DNA of 64,000 nt, taken from positions 32,001 to 96,000 of IMG/VR virus record IMGVR_UViG_3300022752_000026. One strand, 5' to 3'. Source of the DNA: a virus. Shown here one piece after another: positions 53,361 to 62,231 of the stretch (its first letter is position 1; the number at the start of each line of letters is the position of its first letter). Both the position numbers and the translations under genes were made by a program. The notes beneath the pieces are model-generated. The model saw nothing but the letters and a program-made list of their open reading frames with translations. It made no database searches and had not been told where the DNA came from.

Positions 53361-53392
53361 AAAAATCCCCCGTGTCAAAGCGGGGGTTTTTT
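53361..53392 (+). terminator. Intrinsic terminator (possibly bidirectional) ending the fibre operon
   Basis: AAAAAT-CCCCCG-TGTCAAAG-CGGGGG-TTTTTT. Confidence 0.85.
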
Positions 53393-53415
53393 ATTTAATT
53401 AGGTAGGATGTAGAC

Positions 53416-54489
53416 ATGAAAATATGCGTATACACAATAGCCCTAAATGAAGAGCAGTTTGTTGAGCGTTGGTATAACTCGGTAAAAGATGAAGCAGATT
53501 ATCTACTTATTGTTGATACTGGCTCCACGGATAAAACCGTTGAGTTGGCAAAATCTTTAGGAATCAATACAGCACAGATATGTGTAAAGCCTTGGAGGTT
53601 TGACACTGGAAGAAATGCTTCGCTTGCGTTAGTTCCTGCTGATATGGACTACTGCATACCTTTAGATATGGATGAAATTATGCTTCCTGGTTGGCGTGCG
53701 GAATTACAAAAAGCATTTGATGCCGGAGCAACTAGACCTAGATACAAATATGTTTGGAATTGGAACCCAGACGGAACTCCAGGTCTTACCTTTGGTGGAG
53801 ATAAAATTCATAAGAGACATGGATATAGATGGAAGCACCCAGTCCATGAAGTTCTTACTCCAGACCGCATGACAGAAATTCCTTTTTGGACAGAAGCAGT
53901 GATGGAGCATCATGCCGATAATTCAAAGTCTAGGGCTCAATACTTACCTCTACTAAAACAATCTACAGAAGAAGACCCGAACGACGATAGGAACGCTTTT
54001 TACTACGCAAGGGAACTTTTCTTCTATAACAAATTTGGAGAGGCGTCAGCAGAGTTTAGACGCCATCTATCTCTACCTACCGCAACGTGGAGAGCAGAGA
54101 GAGCAGCGTCATATCGCTATTTATCAAAACTTCATCCAAGCGAATCAGAAATTTGGCTCACTCTTGCTCACGAAGAAGACCCAAGAAGAAGAGAAGCCTC
54201 TGTTGATTTAGCAAAACTCTATTATCGTCAGAGTCGCTGGCAAGACTGCTATGAGGCTGCTAATAGAGCGCTAAGCATCAAAGAAAGACCAATGGAGTAT
54301 CTAAACGAGGCTGAAGCGTGGGGATACACCCCTCACGATATGGCTTCTATTGCTTCATATCATTTACAAAAATATGAAGAAGCAGTGATGCACGCTAAAA
54401 ATGCCCTTGAGTTAGGTCCAGATAGTGAAAAAGAAAGACTGATGGCCAACCTACAGTTCTGCGAGGATAAATTAAATGACAAAGAATAG
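53416..54489 (+). CDS. GT2 glycosyltransferase with TPR repeats
   Basis: VYTIALNEE, VDTGSTDKT, F...RN.SL, LDMDE, HE; helical C-terminal repeats; TAGGAT 6 nt before ATG. Confidence 0.9.
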   Translation: MKICVYTIALNEEQFVERWYNSVKDEADYLLIVDTGSTDKTVELAKSLGINTAQICVKPWRFDTGRNASLALVPADMDYCIPLDMDEIMLPGWRAELQKAFDAGATRPRYKYVWNWNPDGTPGLTFGGDKIHKRHGYRWKHPVHEVLTPDRMTEIPFWTEAVMEHHADNSKSRAQYLPLLKQSTEEDPNDDRNAFYYARELFFYNKFGEASAEFRRHLSLPTATWRAERAASYRYLSKLHPSESEIWLTLAHEEDPRRREASVDLAKLYYRQSRWQDCYEAANRALSIKERPMEYLNEAEAWGYTPHDMASIASYHLQKYEEAVMHAKNALELGPDSEKERLMANLQFCEDKLNDKE

Positions 54490-55060
54490 TTACCCTAATT
54501 GGTTTACTGTCACTGCTCAGACTCCTTTTTCAAAATATCTTGGAGAGTTCAAAGATAAGCAAGTAGACTTTTTACAAATAGGAGCATACACAGGAGATGC
54601 TACCCTCTGGCTTTTTGAGAATATATTGACTAATCAAGAATCAACCTTAACAGATGTAGATACATGGGAAGGCTCTGATGAAGTTGTTCATAAAAAGATG
54701 GACTGGGACGACGTTGAGACAGTGTATAACTCAAGAACAAAACAATTTATTGAAGATGGGCGTCTTATAAAGATAAAAAACACTAGCAACAACTTTTTCT
54801 CAACAAACAACAATATGTTTGATTTTATATATGTTGATGGGGACCATACTGCTATGGCTGTTCTAAAAGACGGACTTAGTGCCTTTAATTATCTAAAACC
54901 TGGCGGAGTTCTAGCCTTTGATGATTACACATGGAGTGAGGGAAGCGGCGACATAATGAGAGACCCTAAGCCAGCAGTAGATGCTTTTCTTTTATTCCAC
55001 AAGAAAAATATATCTGTTATTGAGATAGGGAGTCAGGTTTGGCTAAGGAAGAACGCTTAA
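54476..55060 (+). CDS. Class I SAM-dependent methyltransferase (Methyltransf_24-like)
   Basis: LQIGAYTG, VDTW, FDFIYVDGDH, LKPGG.LAFDDY. Confidence 0.88.
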   Translation: MTKNSYPNWFTVTAQTPFSKYLGEFKDKQVDFLQIGAYTGDATLWLFENILTNQESTLTDVDTWEGSDEVVHKKMDWDDVETVYNSRTKQFIEDGRLIKIKNTSNNFFSTNNNMFDFIYVDGDHTAMAVLKDGLSAFNYLKPGGVLAFDDYTWSEGSGDIMRDPKPAVDAFLLFHKKNISVIEIGSQVWLRKNA

Positions 55061-55592
55061 CGTTTTTTCTTAGTTTTGCTTTTTCCTTTTCTTTAGCCTT
55101 CTTCTGCTTCTCTCTATCTCTGCGCTGACGTTCCATTCGCTCACCGCGGTCAACTTTATATGCTTCAACAGCATTTGCGCTTGTTCTACTCTTCCAAGCA
55201 AATCCGCACTCTAAACAAGTAACAACTTTTGCTGTATTCCAACGTCCAGAACTATCAAGTTGAACTATTGATGTTTCAAGTTTATTAGGTCTTGCTGTGC
55301 AGTAAGGGCAATTTGGATAACGACGTCTGCGTGTTTCTTCGCCTAAATAAGAAACAGATAATGCTCTACGAATATCAACTTCATCTCTACCGCCCCAGAC
55401 ACCCCAGATTTGACGATGCTCTAGAGCCCACTGTAAGCATTGCTTGCGAACAGGACAGGTAAAGCACATATTTTTTGCTGCATATTTTTTCTCAAACTCT
55501 GGAGAGAAGAACCAATCTATCTTGTTGCGATTTATTGGTTTAGCACATAGTGCTTCTGATTGCCAATCAAGGCTGTCCGCTGGTTTCCACAC
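55017..55592 (-). CDS. whiB: WhiB-family regulator with C-terminal zinc ribbon and basic tail
   Basis: W...ALC, AK..C..CPV..QCL.WA, GVWGG; extra CPYC...CLEC. Confidence 0.9.
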   Translation of the reverse strand: MWKPADSLDWQSEALCAKPINRNKIDWFFSPEFEKKYAAKNMCFTCPVRKQCLQWALEHRQIWGVWGGRDEVDIRRALSVSYLGEETRRRRYPNCPYCTARPNKLETSIVQLDSSGRWNTAKVVTCLECGFAWKSRTSANAVEAYKVDRGERMERQRRDREKQKKAKEKEKAKLRKNVKRSSLAKPDSLSQ

Positions 55593-55647
55593 ATGTGTTA
55601 ATCTACACTATTCATGTATAAAAGTATGCTTCAACACGCCTATCAAT

Positions 55648-55983
55648 CTATATTTCTATCAAAGTAATTTCTAGTGGTTCTTCTACAAAATCCCCATAAC
55701 GAGTTTCTCCGTCTGGACTACAAACAATATATAGATGTTCACCTTCAAGAAGACCACAGTGCGTATACTCAACTACGGAATCCTCTAACAACTTAAATCC
55801 ATGACCTAAGGAAAAAGCAACTCCGTCACGTTGGAGTGCAGAAGCAAGAGCCCTGCGAACTATTTCATTGGTAGTATCTACTGAATCAAAAGTATAATAG
55901 ATTACGGGGTCTTGTTTGATGGGATTGTATTCATAGCCATCCCACTCCATCCAGAGGCTTTCTCCAGGTCTTTTGTCTTTCAC
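55648..55983 (-). CDS. Hypothetical protein
   Basis: 111-aa ORF in leftward block. Confidence 0.65.
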   Translation of the reverse strand: MKDKRPGESLWMEWDGYEYNPIKQDPVIYYTFDSVDTTNEIVRRALASALQRDGVAFSLGHGFKLLEDSVVEYTHCGLLEGEHLYIVCSPDGETRYGDFVEEPLEITLIEI

Positions 55984-56000
55984 TTTTTCTACCTAACTAC

Positions 56001-56300
56001 TTATTCTTCGTCAAGCATACTAAAGTCAAACTCAAATCTGTTGTAGGAATTGCTATCTTCCCCAATAAAATATACCTTGGTAGGGTCAAGCATTTCATAG
56101 ATGCCAGCAATAGTTATTTGTCCACACATACAGCAAACATCAACATTACCTAGAGTAATGTGTTCTGGAGTATCTACGCCGACTAACTTCATTGTTATGT
56201 TGCCGCCCTCGTCCATACTCTGAGGTTCCCAGTTTGTATGGTTTTCAAGCCAGCACTGCTCACAAAGTGCTAGTGGTCGCAATGCATGTTCTGCTGCCAT
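56001..56300 (-). CDS. Zn-finger hypothetical protein
   Basis: CEQCW...CCMCG..T..GIY; TAAAAT 6 nt before ATG. Confidence 0.7.
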   Translation of the reverse strand: MAAEHALRPLALCEQCWLENHTNWEPQSMDEGGNITMKLVGVDTPEHITLGNVDVCCMCGQITIAGIYEMLDPTKVYFIGEDSNSYNRFEFDFSMLDEE

Positions 56301-56322
56301 AGGACAATTTTAGTCCCAATAC

Positions 56323-56607
56323 TTATCGTAGAGTCTTCAATTCGCCATCAATAACTATGTTTCTTTGGCGTCTTATGTTTCTTCTTTGCTGAGGCGTTGT
56401 GCCTCCCCAGATGCCGAATAATTCGTGGCTTATTGCCCATTCAGCACACTCAGCAATATGCTCGCAAAGTGAGCAAACTTTTATTGCTGACCTATAGTCT
56501 TCTCGTGATGTCTCTTTGTTATTTACTTTCTCAGAATCTTCAAAAAATGTCTCTACACCAATCTGAGAACATAGTGGATTTTCAAAACTCCATGGCTCAT
56601 TAGCCAT
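56323..56607 (-). CDS. whiB: WhiB-family regulator
   Basis: LC.....E.FF, A..VC..C.H..EC..WA, GIWGGTT...RR. Confidence 0.92.
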   Translation of the reverse strand: MANEPWSFENPLCSQIGVETFFEDSEKVNNKETSREDYRSAIKVCSLCEHIAECAEWAISHELFGIWGGTTPQQRRNIRRQRNIVIDGELKTLR

Positions 56608-56631
56608 ACCTTCCTCTTTCTATGCAGTTAG

Positions 56632-56961
56632 TTATTGCTGTTGTTGGGTTTTATGACTTTCTATTAAACCAACTTCATAACCGCAGCCGGCATAGCCAGC
56701 AATATCTACCCATGTATCTGGTTGGTAGCCAGACTTTGAAGCATAACGAGCAACCTTCAAGCCCACCATCATCATTGCGACGTCTTCATTACTGATAGGG
56801 ACTCCAAGGATTACAGACCAAATCTGTGCTGTTCTTTCAAAGTTATCTTCGGGAGCACCATACTGTTTATTTCTATCGCCAGAAATAATTTTTGCTGCTT
56901 CCCGAAGGGCTTCAACACGAATAGGGGTTTCTTGTGTTTGCGGTGTTTGGTTAGTATCCAT
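56632..56961 (-). CDS. DUF6378-like phage protein
   Basis: L.EA..IISGDR..QYG.PEDNF..A..WS...LKVAR...D..VDIAGYA. Confidence 0.85.
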   Translation of the reverse strand: MDTNQTPQTQETPIRVEALREAAKIISGDRNKQYGAPEDNFERTAQIWSVILGVPISNEDVAMMMVGLKVARYASKSGYQPDTWVDIAGYAGCGYEVGLIESHKTQQQQ

Positions 56962-57163
56962 TTTTTACCTTTGCTATCACCTGAGCAGTGTAGGTAGAAG
57001 AACTCTGCTCGTCAATACCTTTTTCAATAAAAATTTCATAATTTACTTTTTTACCAATGTCTTCAGTTGTGTCAAGATATTTTGAAAGTTCTTCTTCAGT
57101 TTTTGAAACCACATCTGAATGATTTGAACCACTTACAAAGAACTTTATAGTTGTTGTGTTCAT
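56951..57163 (-). CDS. Hypothetical protein
   Basis: Coupled ORF. Confidence 0.6.
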   Translation of the reverse strand: MNTTTIKFFVSGSNHSDVVSKTEEELSKYLDTTEDIGKKVNYEIFIEKGIDEQSSSTYTAQVIAKVKNGY

Positions 57164-57585
57164 ACTAACTTTTCCAAGTTTTCTGGTCTGAAGTGGACTC
57201 CATCTAAAAGAGGAGTTCTTCCATCATCACTTTTTACAACAATATCTCCATACCGAACACCAACAATTTTTCCACGACGCCCGTTGAGATGATACTTCCC
57301 ACTTGCCTCGTCAAAAGCATCAAATTTAACTCTGACTATGTCGGCTACTTTGACATCACCAGCCTGTGCTGGAACCCAAGTTTCATTCTTATCTTCTTTT
57401 ACTAAAGCATGACCTAGAGCCAACTTAGAAAACAGTTCTACTACTTCTTTTGATATATCGGTCTTAGGTGGCTTTTTTACATTTTTCCATGCATCTAATA
57501 ACTCAAGGACAGCGTCCCCGGTCATTTTTCTTGTTTTATTTTGAGTAAGTTGTTCTTTTACCCAATCCATATTTAACTCTGACAT
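57160..57585 (-). CDS. Hypothetical protein with KOW/SH3-like C-terminus
   Basis: VKVADIVRVK...NGRRGKIVGVR. Confidence 0.7.
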   Translation of the reverse strand: MSELNMDWVKEQLTQNKTRKMTGDAVLELLDAWKNVKKPPKTDISKEVVELFSKLALGHALVKEDKNETWVPAQAGDVKVADIVRVKFDAFDEASGKYHLNGRRGKIVGVRYGDIVVKSDDGRTPLLDGVHFRPENLEKLV

Positions 57586-57605
57586 ATATCTCCTTATTAG
57601 TTTTT

Positions 57606-57631
57606 GGTTGCCGCCCTTGCGGACGGCAACC
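57606..57631 (-). terminator. Strong hairpin after SSB gene (terminator or mRNA stabiliser)
   Basis: Minus strand GGTTGCCGTCC-GCAA-GGGCGGCAACC, GNRA loop, no U tract. Confidence 0.6.
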
Positions 57632-57651
57632 CAAACTTTTTCTAACTTAGA

Positions 57652-58188
57652 TTAGAACGGTGCTGCTGGAGCAGAAGCAACTGCTTGTGGTGCTGGAGCA
57701 GGTGCTGGAGCAGGAGCAGGAGCAGGTGCTGGAGCAGCGGCAGCAGGTGCTGCTGGAGTTGTAGCCGCCGCTGCTGCTAGAGCAGCATAGCGACGAATCT
57801 CGTTGCGCTTGTTGCCGTTATAGACACGGCTTCCCACAGTTCCACGGAACTTGCGACCAACTAAAACCTGCTCAATCTGAGCATTGGTTGGTGCAGGAAC
57901 CTGTGTAAAGAACTGCTGTGTGATTCCCATAGCGTGCATCTTTCCAAAGAAAATTGAAAGTGCATTTTTATTTTCTGGAGAGACAGTTAGGTTGTCCCAT
58001 ACAAAACGCTTGTTGTAGGCGCCGCCTTCAACTTGTGTCTTGATAGAGAACATTGTCTTTCCAGTTGCTGTGACTTTTGCTGTTGCTTCAATAACAGTTA
58101 GGTCATATTCGCCATCTGGTAGTGGCTCGTAACTGCTGCTGATTTCACCAGCATCTTTGATTAGGTCGCCCCAATTGAGTGTAGACAC
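57652..58188 (-). CDS. DUF669-family single-stranded DNA-binding protein
   Basis: YEPLP.GEY...., G.Y..R.VWDN, P/A-rich tail ending PF. Confidence 0.8.
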   Translation of the reverse strand: MSTLNWGDLIKDAGEISSSYEPLPDGEYDLTVIEATAKVTATGKTMFSIKTQVEGGAYNKRFVWDNLTVSPENKNALSIFFGKMHAMGITQQFFTQVPAPTNAQIEQVLVGRKFRGTVGSRVYNGNKRNEIRRYAALAAAAATTPAAPAAAAPAPAPAPAPAPAPAPQAVASAPAAPF

Positions 58189-58952
58189 TATTCGCTCGCT
58201 TTCGTTTCAGTAGTTTGTCGTGGTCCAAACACTTGGTCAAGCATCTTTTCCAAGTGAAGGGTTTCTTGCTCAATGACTTTGCCTAGTCGTCCTTGAACTC
58301 GTTCTCCAGCCTCATAGTTATTAGTTCTCTCCACATACATGCGGCGAGTCTTAAGATTTGGCTGGGTTGGGTCTGGATTCATTCTTTCCTCAACGGTAAG
58401 AGCGCCCAGAATGTCGTAGAAGTATGGTGCTTGAATTGCCAACTGACCCTGCAAGTAAGGACGGTATCTTCCATCACGGTCCTGCTTAGCCATAGCAGTA
58501 AGAACCACTGCCTCTAACGGATTTGTAGCGTGCATTGTTAGGTCACGAAGGTCACGCAATAGCGCACCCATGTGACGCAACAACTCGCCCCACTGCTGTT
58601 GTGTCATCTGATTGACACCAGCAATGTTTTCCAAGCATTTAACTTGGAGTTCTGATACAGAGTCAATAATTAGACTCTTGAAGTGGTGCTTACCTAACTG
58701 CAACCACTGATATGTTTTGAGAACAGTGTCGTAATCACGAACTGTGACTACGCATGTGTCCCATGTCCCGTCAGCCAAAGGCGGCTCCTCACGCAACGGG
58801 TCCCAATACTTAACAATGATAGGCAAGAAACGATGTCCGCCTTCAACGTCAAGCATTAGGCGAGGATATGGCGCTGTGACAGCAAAACTGGATTTACCAA
58901 CTTTACTCTCTCCATACACCATGACTGTAAGTGAGCGTTGTATTTGGCTCAT
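58188..58952 (-). CDS. AAA_24 / Sak4-like ATPase (ssDNA annealing)
   Basis: VYGESKVGKS Walker A, LDVEGG, IIDSVSE. Confidence 0.85.
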   Translation of the reverse strand: MSQIQRSLTVMVYGESKVGKSSFAVTAPYPRLMLDVEGGHRFLPIIVKYWDPLREEPPLADGTWDTCVVTVRDYDTVLKTYQWLQLGKHHFKSLIIDSVSELQVKCLENIAGVNQMTQQQWGELLRHMGALLRDLRDLTMHATNPLEAVVLTAMAKQDRDGRYRPYLQGQLAIQAPYFYDILGALTVEERMNPDPTQPNLKTRRMYVERTNNYEAGERVQGRLGKVIEQETLHLEKMLDQVFGPRQTTETKASE

Positions 58953-58954
58953 TG

Positions 58955-59896
58955 TCACTCGCTTCCTTTTTTCTCTGTTTCATAGTATGCATAAGGGTCT
59001 GCTTCCTTATACAAATCGCTAATTACCTCTTCAACGGCTTCACCGTTGTCAAACATCGGGCAAATAGCGAAAAATTGGCATTTCCATTTGCAGTCACGAG
59101 TTGTTGGTCGTGGATACGCAACAAAATGATGAGGCTCTCCAGCATCAAGAGCAGTTCTTGTTCGCATCATGTCTGACAGAACTCCATGAATTCTTAGCCA
59201 GAAATTTCTAAGCGCAAACGTATTATGACGAACTTCAATCTGTTTGTAGTATGGAGGCTTAGAAGCAGCAGTGCGCTTTACCTTCTTTAGCATTGTAAAA
59301 ATGCCACCTTCGGTGCGTTGTTCTTCTTCACCATGCTTGAGTTTTTCTAAAATCATATATGTAAGAATTTGTTCATTCATATTTGCTGTTCCAGCAAACT
59401 CATCTAGAGAGCCACCTACGGTTTTGAAGTCACGGAATAGTTTGACGCCATCCGCCTTGCGACGAACACGCATATCAATCTTTCCTTGTAGTTCAACCTC
59501 TCCGTTGAACATTGGCACGACAATCTTTTCTTCCGTTGAGACCATTTCAAGTTCTGCGTCTAAACCTTCTTCAGCAACCCATTGCTCGTATCCCTCAAGC
59601 ATGATGCGACCCATCTCTGCCTCTGATTCCAAGTTTGAGGTATCTTCAAAGTTTTCTAATAGAATTTTTTTGTCAGCATCTACTAACTCGGCGTGTGCTT
59701 GAAGCAGCGGAACGTTTTGAGAATAGTGAGTATCTAAGGCTGCGTGAATGCGACTACCAAATGCGAGCGCACCAGTAAATTCTTGAAACTTAGGCTGTAG
59801 ACCGCGGTAGTAAGTAAGCCACCAACGTCTACGGCAATCTTTGAAAGTTTGTATCTCTGAGTTGGAGATACGAACTACTTTGTCATTTTCTGTCAT
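58955..59896 (-). CDS. Cas4/RecB-like PD-(D/E)XK exonuclease
   Basis: SNSE..TF..C.RRW, GS.IH, GKID...DFKT, C.W.C.F..IC. Confidence 0.88.
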   Translation of the reverse strand: MTENDKVVRISNSEIQTFKDCRRRWWLTYYRGLQPKFQEFTGALAFGSRIHAALDTHYSQNVPLLQAHAELVDADKKILLENFEDTSNLESEAEMGRIMLEGYEQWVAEEGLDAELEMVSTEEKIVVPMFNGEVELQGKIDMRVRRKADGVKLFRDFKTVGGSLDEFAGTANMNEQILTYMILEKLKHGEEEQRTEGGIFTMLKKVKRTAASKPPYYKQIEVRHNTFALRNFWLRIHGVLSDMMRTRTALDAGEPHHFVAYPRPTTRDCKWKCQFFAICPMFDNGEAVEEVISDLYKEADPYAYYETEKKGSE

Positions 59897-61695
59897 AGTT
59901 TTCCACTCTTATCATCTTGTAGTAGTCGCAATAGTTGGTCCTTATCACGAACAATCTGTTCAAAGTTATCAGCCTTTGTCTCAAGAACGTGGATGACACG
60001 CTCTTCAATAGTGCCTTCCGTGACATAATCAGTGATAACAATTGAGTCGTGAATCTCGCTTCCAATGCGGTGAACTCGGTCTAATACTTGCTTGTAATCA
60101 ACTAATGACCAAGGTCGCTGAAGCATAACTAGACGGCGAGCCGTCGTCAAGGTAATACCGACTCCACCTGCCTGTGCCGTAAAAAGAACCCACTTAGTGA
60201 CACCAGATTGAAAATCATCAATTGCTTGCTGACGCTCATCTTCGTCTTGGTCGCCAGTAATTAGTCCATGTGGTATTTTCTTCTTAGTCATCTCAGCGCT
60301 TAGAAGATTGATAAGTTGTTTGGAGACAGCGCTTACAGCAACTGAATCATCTCCAAAGTCTCCGTTTTCAATGTCTTCCATCAATGCTTCTACCTTACAA
60401 GAAGGCATGTCTAAAATAGCCTTTGTTTCTCCAGTAAGTTCATCTACTTCTAAAGTAGCACTAGCACTAGCAAACTGTAAAAGACGTATGGTCTGAGTCA
60501 AAATACTTGGAGCAGAGAGAATGTCTCCAGAAGAGAGTTCTGCAATCATGTTGTCACGCATTTGCGCATAAGCCTTGGCTTGTTTTGTAGACATCTCAAC
60601 ATCTCGGCGCTCATTCATTACTGGCGGTAGATGAGGCAAAACAACTTTTTTTAACATACGACGCATATATGGATTTACGCTCTTATAGAACTCATCAGTC
60701 ATTGTTGGTTTGACGCCAAGAACCATCATTCCACCAAAGGCATTGAGCATGACATCAATCATTCGGTCAATCCACTTGGTCTTTGAAGGCCAGTCTTTTG
60801 GAGACAACCAGTGAAGTATTGCCCATAGGTCAACTACATTGTTTGCAATTGGAGTTCCAGTAAGTGCAAAACGGATTTCAGCATTGCCACTAGCAGACCA
60901 CAAAGCGCGACTTTGTTTGCTCTTTGGGTCTTTTGAGCGATGAATTTCATCAGCAATTACAGCCTTAAAATCTATATTGTTGAGTTCTCTAAGATGAACC
61001 TCGCAACGGCTTTCACTAATTTTTTCATCTTGTCCGCCGCAAGCCTTGCATCTAGTTAGTGCAATAGAGCCATAGGAAACGAGTCTTGAGTGAGAGCGAA
61101 GGGATTCCCAGTTGATAATAAAAACTTGGGCTGGTTCTTCAAATTGCTTTTTACGCTGAGCAGCAGAGCCTTTGATTATTTGAGTGACTACAGAATCAGG
61201 CCACCATTTTTGGAACTCTCTGGCCCAGTTCTTTTTCAAGGTGTTAGGACAAACTACAAGAATAGGAAAAACATCTTCACCTTTATCGTGAAGAGCCTTT
61301 AGAGCCCTAATAGCCTGAGCGGTCTTTCCTAGTCCTGGTTCATCGGCTAGAAGCGCTCGTTTGGCTGTGCTTAGGAAGGCTACTCCAGCCCTTTGATGAG
61401 GGAATAGGGCTTCATCACCTTCATAGGTATCTAACTCTCTTAGAGCCAGCGCAGGATTGATTCTTGTGTTGATATGGTCTGCTGCCCACTCAGCAAGTTT
61501 GGGTTGAATCTCTAGTTGGTCTTTGAATGTAGACCGTAGGGCTAAACATGTTGTCCAACTTAGTGGAACCCTCCAGACACCCTCAGAAACGTTCCAGGAG
61601 GCCCCTGGAAGGCTTTTACAGAGTTCTTTTAGCCTCCAGTCAGCACTTATTACTATATGTTCGCCTGAGGCATCTATGTCCACTGAAACTGGCAC
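59893..61695 (-). CDS. SNF2-family helicase
   Basis: LADEPGLGKT, DEIH, LTGTP..N, GGVGITL, DRVHRIG. Confidence 0.93.
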   Translation of the reverse strand: MPVSVDIDASGEHIVISADWRLKELCKSLPGASWNVSEGVWRVPLSWTTCLALRSTFKDQLEIQPKLAEWAADHINTRINPALALRELDTYEGDEALFPHQRAGVAFLSTAKRALLADEPGLGKTAQAIRALKALHDKGEDVFPILVVCPNTLKKNWAREFQKWWPDSVVTQIIKGSAAQRKKQFEEPAQVFIINWESLRSHSRLVSYGSIALTRCKACGGQDEKISESRCEVHLRELNNIDFKAVIADEIHRSKDPKSKQSRALWSASGNAEIRFALTGTPIANNVVDLWAILHWLSPKDWPSKTKWIDRMIDVMLNAFGGMMVLGVKPTMTDEFYKSVNPYMRRMLKKVVLPHLPPVMNERRDVEMSTKQAKAYAQMRDNMIAELSSGDILSAPSILTQTIRLLQFASASATLEVDELTGETKAILDMPSCKVEALMEDIENGDFGDDSVAVSAVSKQLINLLSAEMTKKKIPHGLITGDQDEDERQQAIDDFQSGVTKWVLFTAQAGGVGITLTTARRLVMLQRPWSLVDYKQVLDRVHRIGSEIHDSIVITDYVTEGTIEERVIHVLETKADNFEQIVRDKDQLLRLLQDDKSGKL

Positions 61696-61763
61696 TAGTG
61701 GTTCCTTTCGTCACTAAGAAAAAAATTTTTTATTGCGGCTTGAAATATTTTTTCTTCTATTTG

Positions 61764-62231
61764 TTAGTCTAGCAGGATTTTTGGTTTCCAACCAACTCTA
61801 GTCATTTTGAGTAGGGCGTGTCGGGCAGCATCTAGGGCGTGACCCCCACCCCCCACATGCCACACCCCTATCTTCTTTAGGGCTGGGTTTGGAAACATTG
61901 ATTTAGCGTCTACAGGGGCTTGAAAGGATATTTCTGCTGGGTTATACCCATTTACCCTACATAGATGCTTGAGGACACCAATCTGTTCAAGACTATAAGG
62001 AGCCTGAGAGTTTCTAACAGTTTGAGCGTTTATTATAAATCTTTCGCAAACTACATAAAAACTACCATACGACTGTTTGTTTGCCAATATTGGTTCTATA
62101 GATGAAGCAAATGACTCTTGGTCTGCTTCAGCAGAAATTACTTTTGTTGGTAGTTGTTCTTGATTTTGGTCCCACTCAATAAAAACAATTCCAGTAGTTT
62201 GTCCTGGGTCAACCGCTAATACACCAATCAT
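61764..62231 (-). CDS. RuvC-like Holliday junction resolvase
   Basis: LAVDPGQTTG, VVCERF, HALDA. Confidence 0.75.
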   Translation of the reverse strand: MIGVLAVDPGQTTGIVFIEWDQNQEQLPTKVISAEADQESFASSIEPILANKQSYGSFYVVCERFIINAQTVRNSQAPYSLEQIGVLKHLCRVNGYNPAEISFQAPVDAKSMFPNPALKKIGVWHVGGGGHALDAARHALLKMTRVGWKPKILLD

